Origin: Psammoneis japonica
Taxonomy: Eukaryota
Length of the DNA: 64,000 nt
Direction of reading: 5' to 3'
NCBI GenBank assembly: GCA_008632985.1
Contig: QPGO01000004.1
Coordinates: forward strand, 930,001 to 994,000
The notes beneath the pieces were generated by a model. That model saw nothing but the letters and a program-made list of their open reading frames with translations, did not search any database and was not told the DNA's origin. The first letter of the stretch is position 1, and the number at the start of each line of letters is the position of its first letter. A program made the position numbers and the translations under genes. Shown here in pieces: positions 25,231 through 37,548 of this stretch.

Positions 25231-26259
25231 ATGTCGACGAAGGTTTCAGCCGGTTTGTCACGACGAGTCAGTCTTTCTTGGCTTGATCTTCGAGGCTCGG
25301 CTTTGTCTGCCTTAGAGCGACTGTGTTTAGAAGAAGCTCTTCTTCGACATGACCCTCAGGAACGCAGTTGGGCTATACTAGGGACTCACGAACCAACAAA
25401 CAATCGGTTTCTCCAGCACCACAATCCACTTCCGTCCTATCTAGAGACAACAGCTGAGGACTCGAATCGGTCGTGTGTTATTGTCATGGGCATCGGCGGA
25501 AAGCCCAAGGATCTTCTAAATGTTGACTCGGTGAAAGAAGACGGTGTGCTTGTTGTAAAGCGGTTTTCGGGTGGAGGCACCGTCGTTCTTGATCATTGCT
25601 CGCTGTGGACGACCTTTATCGGTCGAACCAAACACTTCCCGGATGTCGAACCTTATCCTCGAAGCATAATGAACTGGTCGGCCGATCAAGTTTTTGGTCC
25701 AAGCTTTTTTAAAATGAACGAGACACTTATGGAAAATGGCGATACTATAAGTCAGGGCGAGCAATTCTCTTTAGTTGTTGACAGCAAGTCCTGCGGACAA
25801 GAAAATTCTGGGCGTCTCATCCCTGTCCCGACTTGTCGGACTGATGATATTCCAGTTGGCGAGGTCCCAGAATTTTCTTTGCGTGAAAACGATTACGTGC
25901 TCGGCGAAAAGAAAATGGGTGGCAATGCGCAAGCCATCACAAAGGGTGCGTGGCTTCACCATACTAGCTTTCTATGGGATTATGTGGACGAGCACATGTC
26001 CTACTTGACACTGCCGTCCAAACGACCGGCCTACAGGGGAGATCGATCTCATGACGAGTTCCTAGTGAAGCTGGGTACTTACTACGGTAAATTGGGGAAG
26101 AATTCATTCTTCTCGTCGATAAAGGATGCTTGCTCGGAAGCGTTTGATGTTGAGGAAGTGTCACTGAACGAAGCGCTCGAGCTTGTCCATGATGAGTTAG
26201 GAGGGATGCAAGAATGGTTTGATGGAAATTGTCGAACTAGAATTATTGACTTACCATAA
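25231..26259 (+). CDS. Lipoate-protein ligase A-like (BPL/LplA/LipB family)
   Basis: Single exon. Motifs LEEALLR, IVMGIGGK, KRFSGGGTV, LRENDYV.GEKKMGGNAQ, WLHHTSFLWD, P.YRGDRSHDEFL. Confidence 0.88.
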   Translation: MSTKVSAGLSRRVSLSWLDLRGSALSALERLCLEEALLRHDPQERSWAILGTHEPTNNRFLQHHNPLPSYLETTAEDSNRSCVIVMGIGGKPKDLLNVDSVKEDGVLVVKRFSGGGTVVLDHCSLWTTFIGRTKHFPDVEPYPRSIMNWSADQVFGPSFFKMNETLMENGDTISQGEQFSLVVDSKSCGQENSGRLIPVPTCRTDDIPVGEVPEFSLRENDYVLGEKKMGGNAQAITKGAWLHHTSFLWDYVDEHMSYLTLPSKRPAYRGDRSHDEFLVKLGTYYGKLGKNSFFSSIKDACSEAFDVEEVSLNEALELVHDELGGMQEWFDGNCRTRIIDLP

Positions 26260-26699
26260 AAAAAAGGTGCTCTTGTGCCATGTACACCATGGCATTTCAA
26301 TTTCGCGTGCTCCATTTGGCATGTTAGAAGACTGCGGCGGGACATCAATCGCTCGGGACACAAACGACTTCCGTCAATGGGCAACAGAATAGCTGCCACA
26401 AATCTACCACAACTAAACTCTTGGTGTGCGTCCTCGGCAATAGTGTTAGCTAGTCACAAATCTCAATTCATGATGAGGGGTTCGGTCGAACGCTGGTGAT
26501 CCAGGCGAAATGTCTTGAATAACAAAACCCAAATTCTATGTTTTAGGTGCTGCTACACTTCCACCCTGCAACTCCGGCATCAAGCTAGCCCACACCCCCA
26601 GTGCACAAATAGTGTGGCAGGGGCCTGTAGTAACTAGCCAACATTGGCACCACCACCAGGTGGTGCCATGCCGAAGTAACTGGCAATGGTGTGAGTGCC

Positions 26700-27440
26700 T
26701 CTTGGGCTTCCCGAATGCCAGACTTGAACACAGGGTGCACCACAGTCAACCAATTTCGTAACCTGTGTGTAGAGTGAGTCAAGTGCTCATCAACCAAATC
26801 AAACAAGTGCACCTTATCTTTACCAAGCAATTGTTGACTCTGGAGCAGATGGCCTTGACTTCTGCCTTGGTGCCACGATGTTGGGAAGACTTTCAGGTTT
26901 CCGAGTCGTGTCCGTGCACTGCGTCGTTGTGTGAGTCCCACAATTCCCACCATTAAGACCAAACGTATGATCCCATTGCAGCTGCCCAATCCAATCTCTG
27001 ACCGCTGCCTCCTGATCATGATGTCCGCTTGTCAACAGGTGTGTCTGCTGAGCTGTGTTCCATTCCACCGAAAACCTGCCATTGGAGATGTGATGCCACC
27101 CTGTCCCATCTTAAGAATGGAAGACAGAACAGATGCCGTGATGTGCATCATCTGAGTGTGCCAATTCTTCCCAGAACCAAGACTCCAAACTCAGCAACAG
27201 CATGTCATGCAAGGAAGGAGAGATGTGCACATTGTCACACTTTTTGTGCAGGCCCTGAAGGAATGTCCATCACCATTGTTCATCACCGGGGCAGTGAAGA
27301 ATGTGGTCCTTGTCTTCCATGGGAGACTGTCAATGGATGCAACAATCTGGTTGAAGTGTCTTGAATGAGAGTGCAGCACTGAAGCTGCTGCATGGGTCTG
27401 GCAAATTTCCAGGAGCAACCCCTTTCCCAGTTGCAGAGCC
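26700..27440 (-). mobile_element. Degenerate non-LTR retrotransposon, 3' end of ORF2 (zinc-knuckle region)
   Basis: Minus-strand translation PDCCIH*QSPMEDKDHILHCPGDEQW*WTFLQGLHKKC...LESWF, then TGWHHISNGRFSVEWNTAQQTHL. This matches the CxxC..ExxxHxxxC and IGW...GRFS.EW..Q..YL pattern of non-LTR ORF2 C-termini. In-frame TGA stops are present. Confidence 0.72.
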
Positions 27441-28060
27441 CATGCACACAGAATGAAATTCTTTTAAAATTTGGTCACATTCCAGGTCATCTCATGCAGT
27501 GCCACAAAAAGCTGCTGATTCTGTTGGTTGGCGCATGCTGTGGATGACTTTTGACACAGACATGACTTGTTCTTGTTTGAGAATCTGTGAAACACAACAC
27601 AGCTTGAAACTCAAGAAAAAGATTCTGACCACCAACTGCAAGCATTGAAGCAAATCAACAAGAGTGCTTGTCAAGCTCTCTGCAGCCCTCTTGTTTGTGT
27701 GTGACCATGACATGGCATGATGGCACTCTTCAGGCCAGTGCAATGGATCTTTTCTTTTGCTGCCCCCCCCCCCCCCCCCCCGCACACACACACCACCAAC
27801 ACACACACACGTGCATGCACGTGCATTGCAGCTGGTGGTGTTCAGGGCATGGTTCACAAGGTTTTCTCCCACCCTTTTTTGAAAGTGCTGTGAAATGCTC
27901 TTTCCTTTTGTCACATGCAGAGAAGCATGTTGTCCCCCTCTGGCTGCCCCTCCTTTCTGTTGTTGGCTTCACTGGACTTGTCAAGCTCTCTGCAGCCCAC
28001 CCAGTCATGAAATGCAGCACAAGCCTCTCAATCCCCAGAGAGCTGGGTGAAGGAAGGGAC

Positions 28061-28064
<4 letters not shown>

Positions 28065-28111
<47 letters not shown>
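28065..28111. repeat. (GT)n microsatellite abutting assembly gap
   Basis: Perfect GT repeat running into Ns. Confidence 0.95.
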
Positions 28112-28456
28112 NNNNNNNNNNNNNNNNNNNNNNNNNNNNNNNNNNNNNNNNNNNNNNNNNNNNNNNNNNNNNNNNNNNNNNNNNNNNNNNNNNNNNNNNN
28201 NNNNNNNNNNNNNNNNNNNNNNNNNNNNNNNNNNNNNNNNNNNNNNNNNNNNNNNNNNNNNNNNNNNNNNNNNNNNNNNNNNNNNNNNNNNNNNNNNNNN
28301 NNNNNNNNNNNNNNNNNNNNNNNNNNNNNNNNNNNNNNNNNNNNNNNNNNNNNNNNNNNNNNNNNNNNNNNNNNNNNNNNNNNNNNNNNNNNNNNNNNNN
28401 NNNNNNNNNNNNNNNNNNNNNNNNNNNNNNNNNNNNNNNNNNNNNNNNNNNNNNNN
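28112..28456. other. Assembly gap (345 N)
   Basis: Run of N. Confidence 0.99.
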
Positions 28457-30834
28457 TGCTTCAATCCTGGGGCCTGCCTCTGGCATTTGCTGCAAGTGCA
28501 GCACCCAGAGTTGCCAAATTCACAGAAAACCCCTTGTGGAGATCTCTTTCTGCATGGATCTGGCTGCACAGTGCAATCTTCTCATGCTGTGGATGACAGA
28601 CAATGCTGGAGCATTTTCTTCCAAGCAACTCCAATCTGGTGTGGCGTGCTCTGGATGTGAGTGCACACATGCTGCTGCCACAGTGACAACACAAAAGAAT
28701 TGACAAAAAGGCACTGCAGGCAGAACTGACATTTGCACTTTTGCTGCAGATGGGGTGCCCAAATGTCATTTGTCATTTCTTGTTGGGCATTGCAGAAAGC
28801 AGCTTTGTTGGATCTTTGTCAACACGGTGCCACATGGCTGCAACCACCCAACTGGAGACCCACTCCCTGCCAAGAACCCATGAAACACCCCATTTTGCTT
28901 TGTCTTGGTTGTGCATTTCCCTTTTTCATGATGGCACATTGCATGTTGACTCTTGTTCATGTGCTCACCACCAGCCAGATTTCCAGCAGCTGCTGAGTTG
29001 CAGCCCACCACAGTCACAGAAAGGCAAGTGCCAAACACGGGGTCAATGTGGTGTGTTGTCATCCCACATCCAGTCTCATCACTTGTTGCATCACTCAACT
29101 TTTGCGCTGCTGCAGCCAGCTCTCACTGTCAGCTGTGTGAGCACACCAATGAATCCACTGTTGTCAAGACAGCATCAAACCCATCAAAAGCTGGCATTGT
29201 GCCTTGTGCACCATCAGGTGATGAAAATTGCAGGTTGTTGAAAGTCACATTGCAGACATTGTGAGCCCAGTTTGCCTCATTGATGGAAATGGAGTTGTGC
29301 AAATGGGGGGTTGCACAAATTCTCTGTCAGCTCAGATTTTGGATCACATGCAACCTGCCTTGTTGAGGTTTCTCCAACCCCATTTGCACATCATCATGCA
29401 TGTGCCCATGGGTGCTGTCTCTTCATGTGTCATCATGCTTTTGTTGCCTTGATGACCTGTCAATGTGTGCATGCCATGTGCATGGATGCTCGCTGCCAAA
29501 ATGCATCAGTCACTGAGCCACACACACCCCATGCTTCCATGGGATCAGCTGCACAGGGTCTTGCTGTGTGTTGCCAGTGCAGCACATGCTGCAACTGACT
29601 GGTGGAGAACTGTTTTTAGAGCTTTTACAAAGCAGCTGCAATGTGCTCAGCCAAGCATTTTTGAATGGGAGAGAGTCTCAAGGAACTGGAGTGAAGAAAT
29701 GCAGAAAAACAGCTGAGCAGTGCATTGACAAAATCGTTTTTATGCTGTCACTCTGCAGAGTGCCAAATTTTGAAAACACTGCCTGGCTTGCATCTGCTCT
29801 AAATTGACTGAAAAGATGTGAGTGTGCAATCTGAAAATGAAAGAGTGTGTGTGTGGCTCACAGTGCTGAGTTTTTTTAAGGAAAGTTTGGCACCTGTTTT
29901 TGGCATTGAAGAGGTCAAACACACAGTTGTCCTCAGGAAACCAGCCATGGTTGGAAAAGGGAGCACAGCCATGAATTGGTTTTGTGTTGTTTCCAAGGCA
30001 CACAGACAGAACAGCTGGTGTGTCAACTCTTTCTGTCATTGCACCACAAGTCACGGGAGGTTTGGACTCCACACAACCATGCCCACACAACTCAAAGTTT
30101 TTGGAAGGGAATTGTGGCTGGCCTGGACTTTGACCCCCACTGTGGCAGAGCCACAAAATGTACAAAACATGAGCAACAGCTCTGCAACTGACATGGCCCT
30201 CTGCTTTTTGTCCCCATAAGTTGTTGGGAACTTTGTGCCAGCATGATGTCAGTCAATTGATGTGTGCATCTTGTCAAAACCAGGGGTTTTGTGATTCATC
30301 AAATGTGCAAGAGATCCCTTTGCAGTGCACATGAGTGCAACATTGAAGAGACTTGCAGCTGTCCAGAGTGGCTTCTGCAGACTTGTGCGACACTCTGCAT
30401 GTGATGGTGGGCAGGGCAGTGCTGCTGGGGAGCAAGAGCAAAGTCTTGGCACGCTCTCTCACTCTTCTTTCAAAGAGCAACGAGCCAAGAGAGCCAAGGC
30501 AACATCATTTCCCACCTCTCCCACCCGAAGGCATTTCACAGTGCCAGCAGTAAAGCTGTCTCCTCTCCAGACAAACACTGATGCAAGGCTTGCCTTGCTG
30601 GCGCATGTGCCCGACTTGGACTGCCACGGAGGTTCAAGTGCCGGGTTTCGCGCGCTCTTCGCGTTCTGGGTTCCCTGCGACCTGCTCCTGCTTCGTTTGG
30701 GGGTTTTGAAGCTTGCGGCCATGTCGTCGCCGCCAACAAAACTGGAAACCGCCACCGCGTCCAGCGGCTTCCTGCTTCCTTCTCTCACGAGCATCTGTTA
30801 TCAACCAGAACGGTAGACGGGGCTTTTCAGAACA

Positions 30835-31603
30835 ATGGTGGAAGCGACGATACCACGTACCGCATCCGGTCAAGGACCTACTGCTGACAAGAAAAAAAAC
30901 CGTCCAGCGCCTTTTTGGATGAGGACTCGCGCTTTCAAGAGTCTTTGCACCTGGGCATTTAAGGTCTGCGACAACAACAAAACGGGAGCGATCAACAAGA
31001 CAGAATTATATGCCGGTCTACTCTTGGTCCATCTCAAGTTGGCGGCGTATGCTGGGCCGGCTGCCTGCTATGTGAGTGCGTCTTGCGATTTAGTTTTATG
31101 TTGCGTAGAAACTCGATTGACTAACGAAGGTACAAACTTTCGTGTATTTTTGTGTGAAGCCTCCATCTCGTGAAGTTGTTGGCCAGCTGTTTGATGCCAC
31201 TGATGATGACAATTCCGGCGGAATCGACGAAGACGAGTTTGTCCACATTATTGTGATTCTTTTCTCAGAGCTTACTTCGCGGATCATTCTGTACTACACT
31301 ATTCTTATTTTGGCTGTTCCGTACATAATTAGGGGCTTCCTCGACTTTCTCAGGATAGTCGGAGTCGATGATGCCATCGTTGCCTTCGAAAGAAAGGTTT
31401 GGGAGGCATACGCACCTTCGTTTCTTCAATCGTTGCTAAACGTTATCCCTGAATCCATGCTCGACGCTTTGCCTGTCACGCTGGTTTCGACCGCTCTTTT
31501 CTACCTCGTGATCCCTTTCTGTTTCAAATGGGTGGACTCAGCATTGCATAGAAAGGCATCAAATACAAGCACTTGCGATGAAGACGTGGCGAAGAAAGAT
31601 TGA
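30835..31603 (+). CDS. EF-hand membrane protein (2 exons)
   Basis: Exons 30835..31071 and 31160..31603 (GTGAGT...CTAAC...GAAG). EF-hand loops DNNKTGAINKTE and DDDNSGGIDEDE are followed by two hydrophobic helices. Confidence 0.85.
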
Positions 31604-31751
31604 GAAATACATTCTCCGAAACTATTATTTGTCTGTTAAGAATTCTTAGTCCCTACCAAAATTCGACTGTACACGTGTCGAAACTGCTCCTTTCGCACCG
31701 TGCAAAGAAATTCCATGTGCAAAAGAGAGAAAAGCATTTCTACAGCTGCTG

Positions 31752-32748
31752 TTAGTCTGAACGGATTTTCTTCTGCGGAGGTTCGTCTGTTTCGTCCTCT
31801 CCCATCATCTCGCTCTCATCTTGCAACTTCTTGCTTCCCGCCCAAACCCCGGCAGCCGGTGTCGGCCCATAGTCTTCATCATCCGTTTCCTCGTCAGTCT
31901 CGCTATCTCCCGCATCATCATTGTGAGCCTCCGCCTCTTGTCTCCTCCTTTCTTCCTCGAGCCTCTCTTGTTCTTCACGCCGCTCCTGTGGTCAACAAAT
32001 AGGCAAGGAATGGTGTCAACAGAAGTGCTTGCGCATTTTGCTCATCGTCATGTCCTTTGAATTATGAACACTTACTCGTTGTGCTTCTATACGTTTCTCT
32101 CTCGCAATTTGAACAGCTGCAAGGCTCTGTCCATATTTATTGCCAAAGATGTTCTTTGGGCCAGCATCCTTGCCTGAAGCGCAGCCTCTGCACCCGGTCT
32201 TTTTTCCAAGTAAAACAGAAAAAAAGCCAGAAGAAAGGCGCAACAAATTGCATCGCAAAAACTGATGAATGGCCAAGATACCGACGACACCACAAGCAGA
32301 GACCTCACAGCAAAGGCGTGAAAGAACTTACCGTTGGATCCTGTGCTGTTTTGGCAGCGTCGCTTCTATCCTTAATTGGGACGCGACAGATAGATGTGGT
32401 ACCAAACTTGTAATTAGCTGGATTGATGACATATGTGGAACAGAGTCGTTCATAACCTGGCTTTTTCCATTTGGCAATCAGCGGTGCATCCACGAGTCCT
32501 TGTTGAATACAGAAATCATACACCTGTTTGCTTATGCGGTTGTAGGTATAATACATCTCATACACATATCGAGTTCGCTGCCAATTTATCTGATGCACCG
32601 GCCATAGACTTTCTGTTTTTCGTTTCCCTGCGTTACTTTCCTTCACCTTGTCACGCATTTCGTTCTCAAGAGCCTCAAGCACAGGTTCGATCACTTCGAA
32701 GCCAGGAGGCGGCTTTTTCTTTTTCTTTCCCCACTTTCTCGTTGACAT
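31752..32748 (-). CDS. BUD31: BUD31/G10 splicing factor with acidic C-terminal extension (3 exons)
   Basis: Exons complement(32332..32748, 32076..32198, 31752..31985), all phase 0. Motifs PPPGFEVIEPVL, ESLWPVHQINWQRTRYVY, LIAKWKKPGYERLC, FGTTSICRVP, GCRGCAS. Confidence 0.9.
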
Positions 32749-35439
32749 TGTTTTCTGGAATGTACGTAATAGCTCAAGGGATGCAGAATCAAGATCACTA
32801 GCCACACAGAGTCTTCTTGCCGCTAATGGAGAAGACTGAAGACAAACAACGCCGAGATGCCCCCCGCGATGCGAGTTGAAGTAACAGTGTAGACCTAAGC
32901 CCATAACCCGTTCGAATGAAGAAAAATGATTTTATGATGCAGCAACTTCCAGTCTTTAGAGTTTGTCACATCATCACGGATCTCCTTCCATTCTACCGCA
33001 GCTAGGGCCCTAGAGATGCAACTGCTGGGCATCCTGAGGGTGTTGTCGGATAGATTGTCATTTTAGAATGAGCTGTTTTCATTCACATTTTTCATTGCTT
33101 TCCTGCAACAACCTTGCTGCTGTGATTTCTTGCCTTTGTTCTTTTGTTGGCTGTGACTGGGGGGGCTGCCACATGCCCCCCCCCCCCCCGCCCTGGCTTT
33201 GGTTCTCTCATCTTCAATGCCACAATCTCTTTGGCCACAGTCTTCACTTCAGCTCTGCTTGCATCCTCCTCAATGTGGGCCTCATGCTCCACCTCAATCC
33301 TGTGACGTCGCACGTCGTCGACTGCACCAGTTTCCAGGCAGGTGCCTGGCGGGGCACGCTGCCAGAAGCTCTTGCCAGCCCACCAGACCACCCCCAAGCT
33401 GAGCTCCTGGCAGTGCTCACATTTGCTTTTGAGTGAGTTGCCAACTGTTGGCTCACCTCCTCCAAGGCTGTGCATGCCCCCCTCATCTCCTTGTGCGGGC
33501 ACATGAAGCACGGCCAGTCCATCATTTTTGATGAGATGACACCCAACTCATCCACACCAATGGTGAGTGACAGCTCTCAAGACACTCAGAGGTGCCGTGC
33601 AACCAGCGTGCCAACTTCTTGAGATTGTCAATGTCTGGGGTCAAGCACAAAAATGAGATCAGTGTTTGCAAGTCGGGCTGGTGGGTCTGCGCTGATGGAA
33701 AAAACAACTTTGTGGTGTTGGGCGTGATTGCTCTGCCTTCTTCCACACTTGGGGGTTCAAGGTTCTCACTGCCAATGTCAAGCAGGTGGCCAGGTGCTTG
33801 CACAGCCCACAGTTCTGACCACTGGAGCTTGCTCACTGCTGTTTGAGTGATTTGCAGACCCACACATGAAAACACACTTTTTGCAAGCACCTTGATCACA
33901 GATGTCAGTGCAGCTCCAATCTGCACATTCCCAAGAAGCAGAGTTCTTACAAGAAATTGCATCTTGTTCTTGTTGTTGCAGTGGTGCAACCACCTCACAA
34001 GAAGATTTTGATGTGTGGCGCTGCTCCCTGCACTCTGGCCGGAACAGCAGCAATCTTCTGAATGAAATCGTGTGCTTCTCAAATGTTGAGGCCGCACGTT
34101 TGGGTTGATCCAACAAAGCACAACTCAATGGAAGTTCCATGGAAAGATGCCACAGCAACATTGCCTGCATCTCCCAAACAATGACACTCCTCTCTCATCC
34201 TGGCACCTGAAACATCAGCAACTGTCTGGACTGCCTGTGACACCAACAACCAGCTGACCTGCAGCATCATGACACTTCCTTTTGTCATGCTTTCCCAGGA
34301 TCAAGTTGATCACCTGCATGAGCATCCACATGTCATCATCTCTTGCCTTGTCCATGTGCACCCCTCCAATGAACATGATGTGACATGCTTGAAGATGTTT
34401 TGGAGAAGCTCCAACTTGACATTTCTTTTCACAGTCGAAGCTGTGTCTGCAAAAGCATCTGCAAGTGGGCTGTGTGGCAGTGCATTCTCCTGGTGGCTTG
34501 GTTTTGTTGGTTCTTTGTTGCTGCCACCACAAGATGGTTGCAAGGATTTCTTGTCCACGGCCACCCATTGTTTGTTTCTTTTGCAGGCCCAGCCAGCCAG
34601 TGGTGCCTTTGCAATCGTCGCGGCAAACAAGCATTCTACTTTTTCCGTTCTTGTGGCCTTCTTGGTGCAGAAATCAGTTTCAATTTCAGGGCATTCCTTT
34701 TGAGAATCAGTCTGATGATTGGATTGTTCATTGCTTTGATCATGTGATTTCTGATCCTGTGCAGTCCCATCTCCCTTGTCATCATCATCAAGGCAGATTG
34801 GATTTTCCACCATTAAATTCTGCATCAGGTTGGTGCTTTTCAAAGTTGAAGCGCTGGCACTAACGGGAGCCTTTTTGGCGGTCAATTTTGTGATGCACAA
34901 GTCCATTTTTTGTTGTTTTAGCCCCTTTGTTTTGGGTGTTTGAATGCCCATCCATGCATTGAGTGTCGACTGTCATTTTGTTCCCATCAAAGGTGGTGCT
35001 TTCATGGCCCTGTGACTGCTCTTTTTGGGTGGTGTTAAAAGTTCTTGAACTCCATCATTGTTGCCTTTGCCAGACAAGTGCAAGTCAATGGCTCTTGTTT
35101 GACAGATCCACTTGCAGCCTCTGACAACTTGCATGCCTGCATCCAGTCAAAATTGCACACGGGGTTTGGATTTCAGATGTTGCCTTTGACTTTTCTTTTG
35201 TCGCTGCCTTTGGTTTGCAGTCTTCTTCTTCACACTCACAATCTTCATCATCATTGTCATCATCTTTTCTTGCTTGAGTCACGTCTTCTTGGTTGCCATC
35301 TTCTTCTTCCTGTTTGGTGTCATTCTTCTCCTTCTTTTGCAAAAAATGGATTTTGACCACCCATTCCATGACCAATCTGGCAGCTTGCAAGAGTTCCTGT
35401 GTCTTCTGCTCTGGGTGTCACCACTTGCAGCAAGAATCG

Positions 35440-35617
35440 CAGTGGCAGTCTGTCTGTGCAGTGATTTCTGCACACATGTTTTGCACTTTTGTCCGTCCAC
35501 ACCACCTCCAGCCTGAACCCGACCAACCCGACTCCAACTGGATTGGGCTGGAGGTGGCAGGGACAGATGAAAGCACAAAATGTGCACAGAAATCACTGCA
35601 CAGACAGACCGCCACTG
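35440..35617. mobile_element. MITE-like ~180-bp inverted repeat with CAGT...ACTG ends
   Basis: Arms of about 72 bp (cagtggcagtctgtctgtgcagtgatttctg...ccacctccagcc and its reverse complement) flank a ~33-nt spacer. CAGT termini are typical of Tc1/mariner/pogo TIRs. The inverted repeat is certain; the MITE call is inference. Confidence 0.55.
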
Positions 35618-36037
35618 CAGAAAAAACATGACGTCTCGAATGTCTTCCTCTTGTTGGGACGTGGGTGTCTGCCATTTTTTTTCANCTGCTGCTGTGCATT
35701 CCTCATGATCAACGATGGCCAATGGGTGCTTTCATCAGGAGAGCATGGCAAGTGCAGGGGATTGCTTCATGTGGCACACAAGGTGACAAACAAGCACAAG
35801 ACCAAGCAAAGCAAATGGATTTTTTGAAAGATTGTGCATTGTGATGGATTCTGTGTTTTTGTAAAAATTGTTCTTTTTTCCAGCAAAACATGATGTCTCG
35901 AATGTCTTCCTCTTGTTGGGACGTGGGTGTCTGCCTTTTTTTTTCAAAAAGCCAAACACACAGTGCACCCTTGTGTCTTTCACCTCATGCTCACACACAC
36001 TGACACATCTTTCCTCCATCTTTTGCTTGACAACACC

Positions 36038-37212
36038 ATGAGCGTTTTTGCCTCCAGTGGTTTGCCACAGGCCCAATGTTTTGTCCATTCATGGAAAATT
36101 CCTGGCATGGATTGGACCGTCACCGGTCGCTCTTGATCCCTCAAACAGACAGGCTTTTAGATGCCCCCACTCTGAGTCATTGTGGATGCCAGAATTGACC
36201 TTCCAACAGATGGACCAGGAGTGTGACTGGCAGCCATTTTGATCACCCACAGCCATGTTGATCACATGCATGCCCCCTGCCCATGTTGCTGTGCCATCAG
36301 CAAAAGGGACAACAGGGGCACATTGGGGCCCCAGACAGCATCTTGCACAGGCTTTGGCAGTGCACCCAACTGACCTTTTCTGTCAAAGTTGACAAACAAG
36401 AGGAAGGAGAATTGAGTCCACCTGAGCAGTGCAAAGGCCCTCCAGAAGATGATCGCTTGCACTGCATCGAATGCAACATCACCGCTGTGGAATCAGCCGA
36501 TCCAGCCAACCACATCTGGCATGGCTTGGTGCCACACATTTCATGGGATGCAATGGTCAACAAAAAGATGCAAACACTGTTGTGGATGTGAGCATCACAG
36601 CTCTTTCATGGCATGTGTTCTTCCGTTGGATGTTGGCCAGCGACACCGCCGATGCAAACCAAAAAGCTGGCTCCTCATTTGGTGGACAAAACCAAAAAGG
36701 AAATGGCAGCCAACATTCAAGCCACCCAACAAAGGGGTCAAGATGATGTCCATGTGTGGCATCAAGTGGAAGAGCAGTCGAGGTTTTGTTTCGTGTTGGG
36801 TGCGACCGTCAAAGCATTGCACCCAGACGTGGCAAGCTCCTGCCTCATCCTTTCTTGTCCCGTCATTGTGATTGAATGCACATGCCTGAAAGACGAGTTT
36901 TGCAATGAAGCCAAGTGCCAAGGACACGTTTGCTGGGGTGGTCTTGCACCATTTGTAAAGCAGTCGCCGTTGTCTCAAGCTCAGGTCTTGGCGCACTTTT
37001 CCCTGCGCTGCACCGATGAGCAGATCATCTCATTTTTTGACAACCCAGAGACCTGTGGCCTGACTCTAGTCAGAACTCCCCAGGCAACGAGACTACCAAA
37101 TCTTGTCTTGTGGCTCTTGTTGGGACCGCGGGAGTTGTGGAGAACAGAAGAGCAAAACAAAGTTCGATCGCGTCCAGTGCGCGCCGACTCCCTCCACGTT
37201 GGAGTGTGTTGA
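36038..37212 (+). pseudogene. RNase Z-like metallo-beta-lactamase pseudogene
   Basis: From ATG 36038: WKIPGMDWTVTGRS*SLKQTGF*MPPL*VIVDARID...AILITHSHVDHMHA (HxHxDH), a frameshift to LPMLL, then LFHGMCSSVGC, CPVIVIECTCL, GHVCWGGL and VLAHFSLRC (normally HFSxRY). Several TGA stops lie where CGA is plausible. Confidence 0.8.
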
Positions 37213-37548
37213 AAGGTCCAATGAGGATGTTACGATCTTCATCTCTCTAATGCAACTGTCACCCAAGAGTGTCGATGTTCCACTCGTAGATGACATGTGT
37301 GGCATGCTGTGGTAGCTGGTGCCCTTGCTTTTGTGGAGGTTTGGTTCCGCAGCAGAAGAAAATGTTGTGAGCCAGTGCGTGTGCGCGTTCAACTAAAATG
37401 TGAGCGCTCACTCGTGACTGACTAGTCCCTTTGTGCGACCGAAAAATATGAGGCCAAAGGCCAAGACAACGAATATATGAATAATGGCGACGGACACTGC
37501 TCTTGTTGTTTCTATTGTCTTGTGTACCGGAATGATCGCGTTGGGACC

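Larger units (their letters stand above)
26830..30600. other. CpG- and TpA-depleted block 3
   Basis: Same dinucleotide signature. Contains the retrotransposon remnant, a poly-C tract (~27763-27781), CA/GT microsatellites and an assembly gap. Confidence 0.85.
33070..37400. other. CpG- and TpA-depleted block 4
   Basis: Same signature. Contains a poly-C tract (~33176-33189), a long palindrome and an RNase Z-like pseudogene; CpG recovers toward 36600-37400 while TpA stays low. Confidence 0.85.

Noticed and set aside
27668..28703. Long ORFs with poly-VC/HT tracts
   Set aside because: They read through the (GT)n microsatellite and the N gap.
35621..35946. ~60-bp direct repeat (35621-35684 and ~35885-35946)
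   Set aside because: The first copy ends at a lone N (35685), so a contig-join artefact cannot be excluded.
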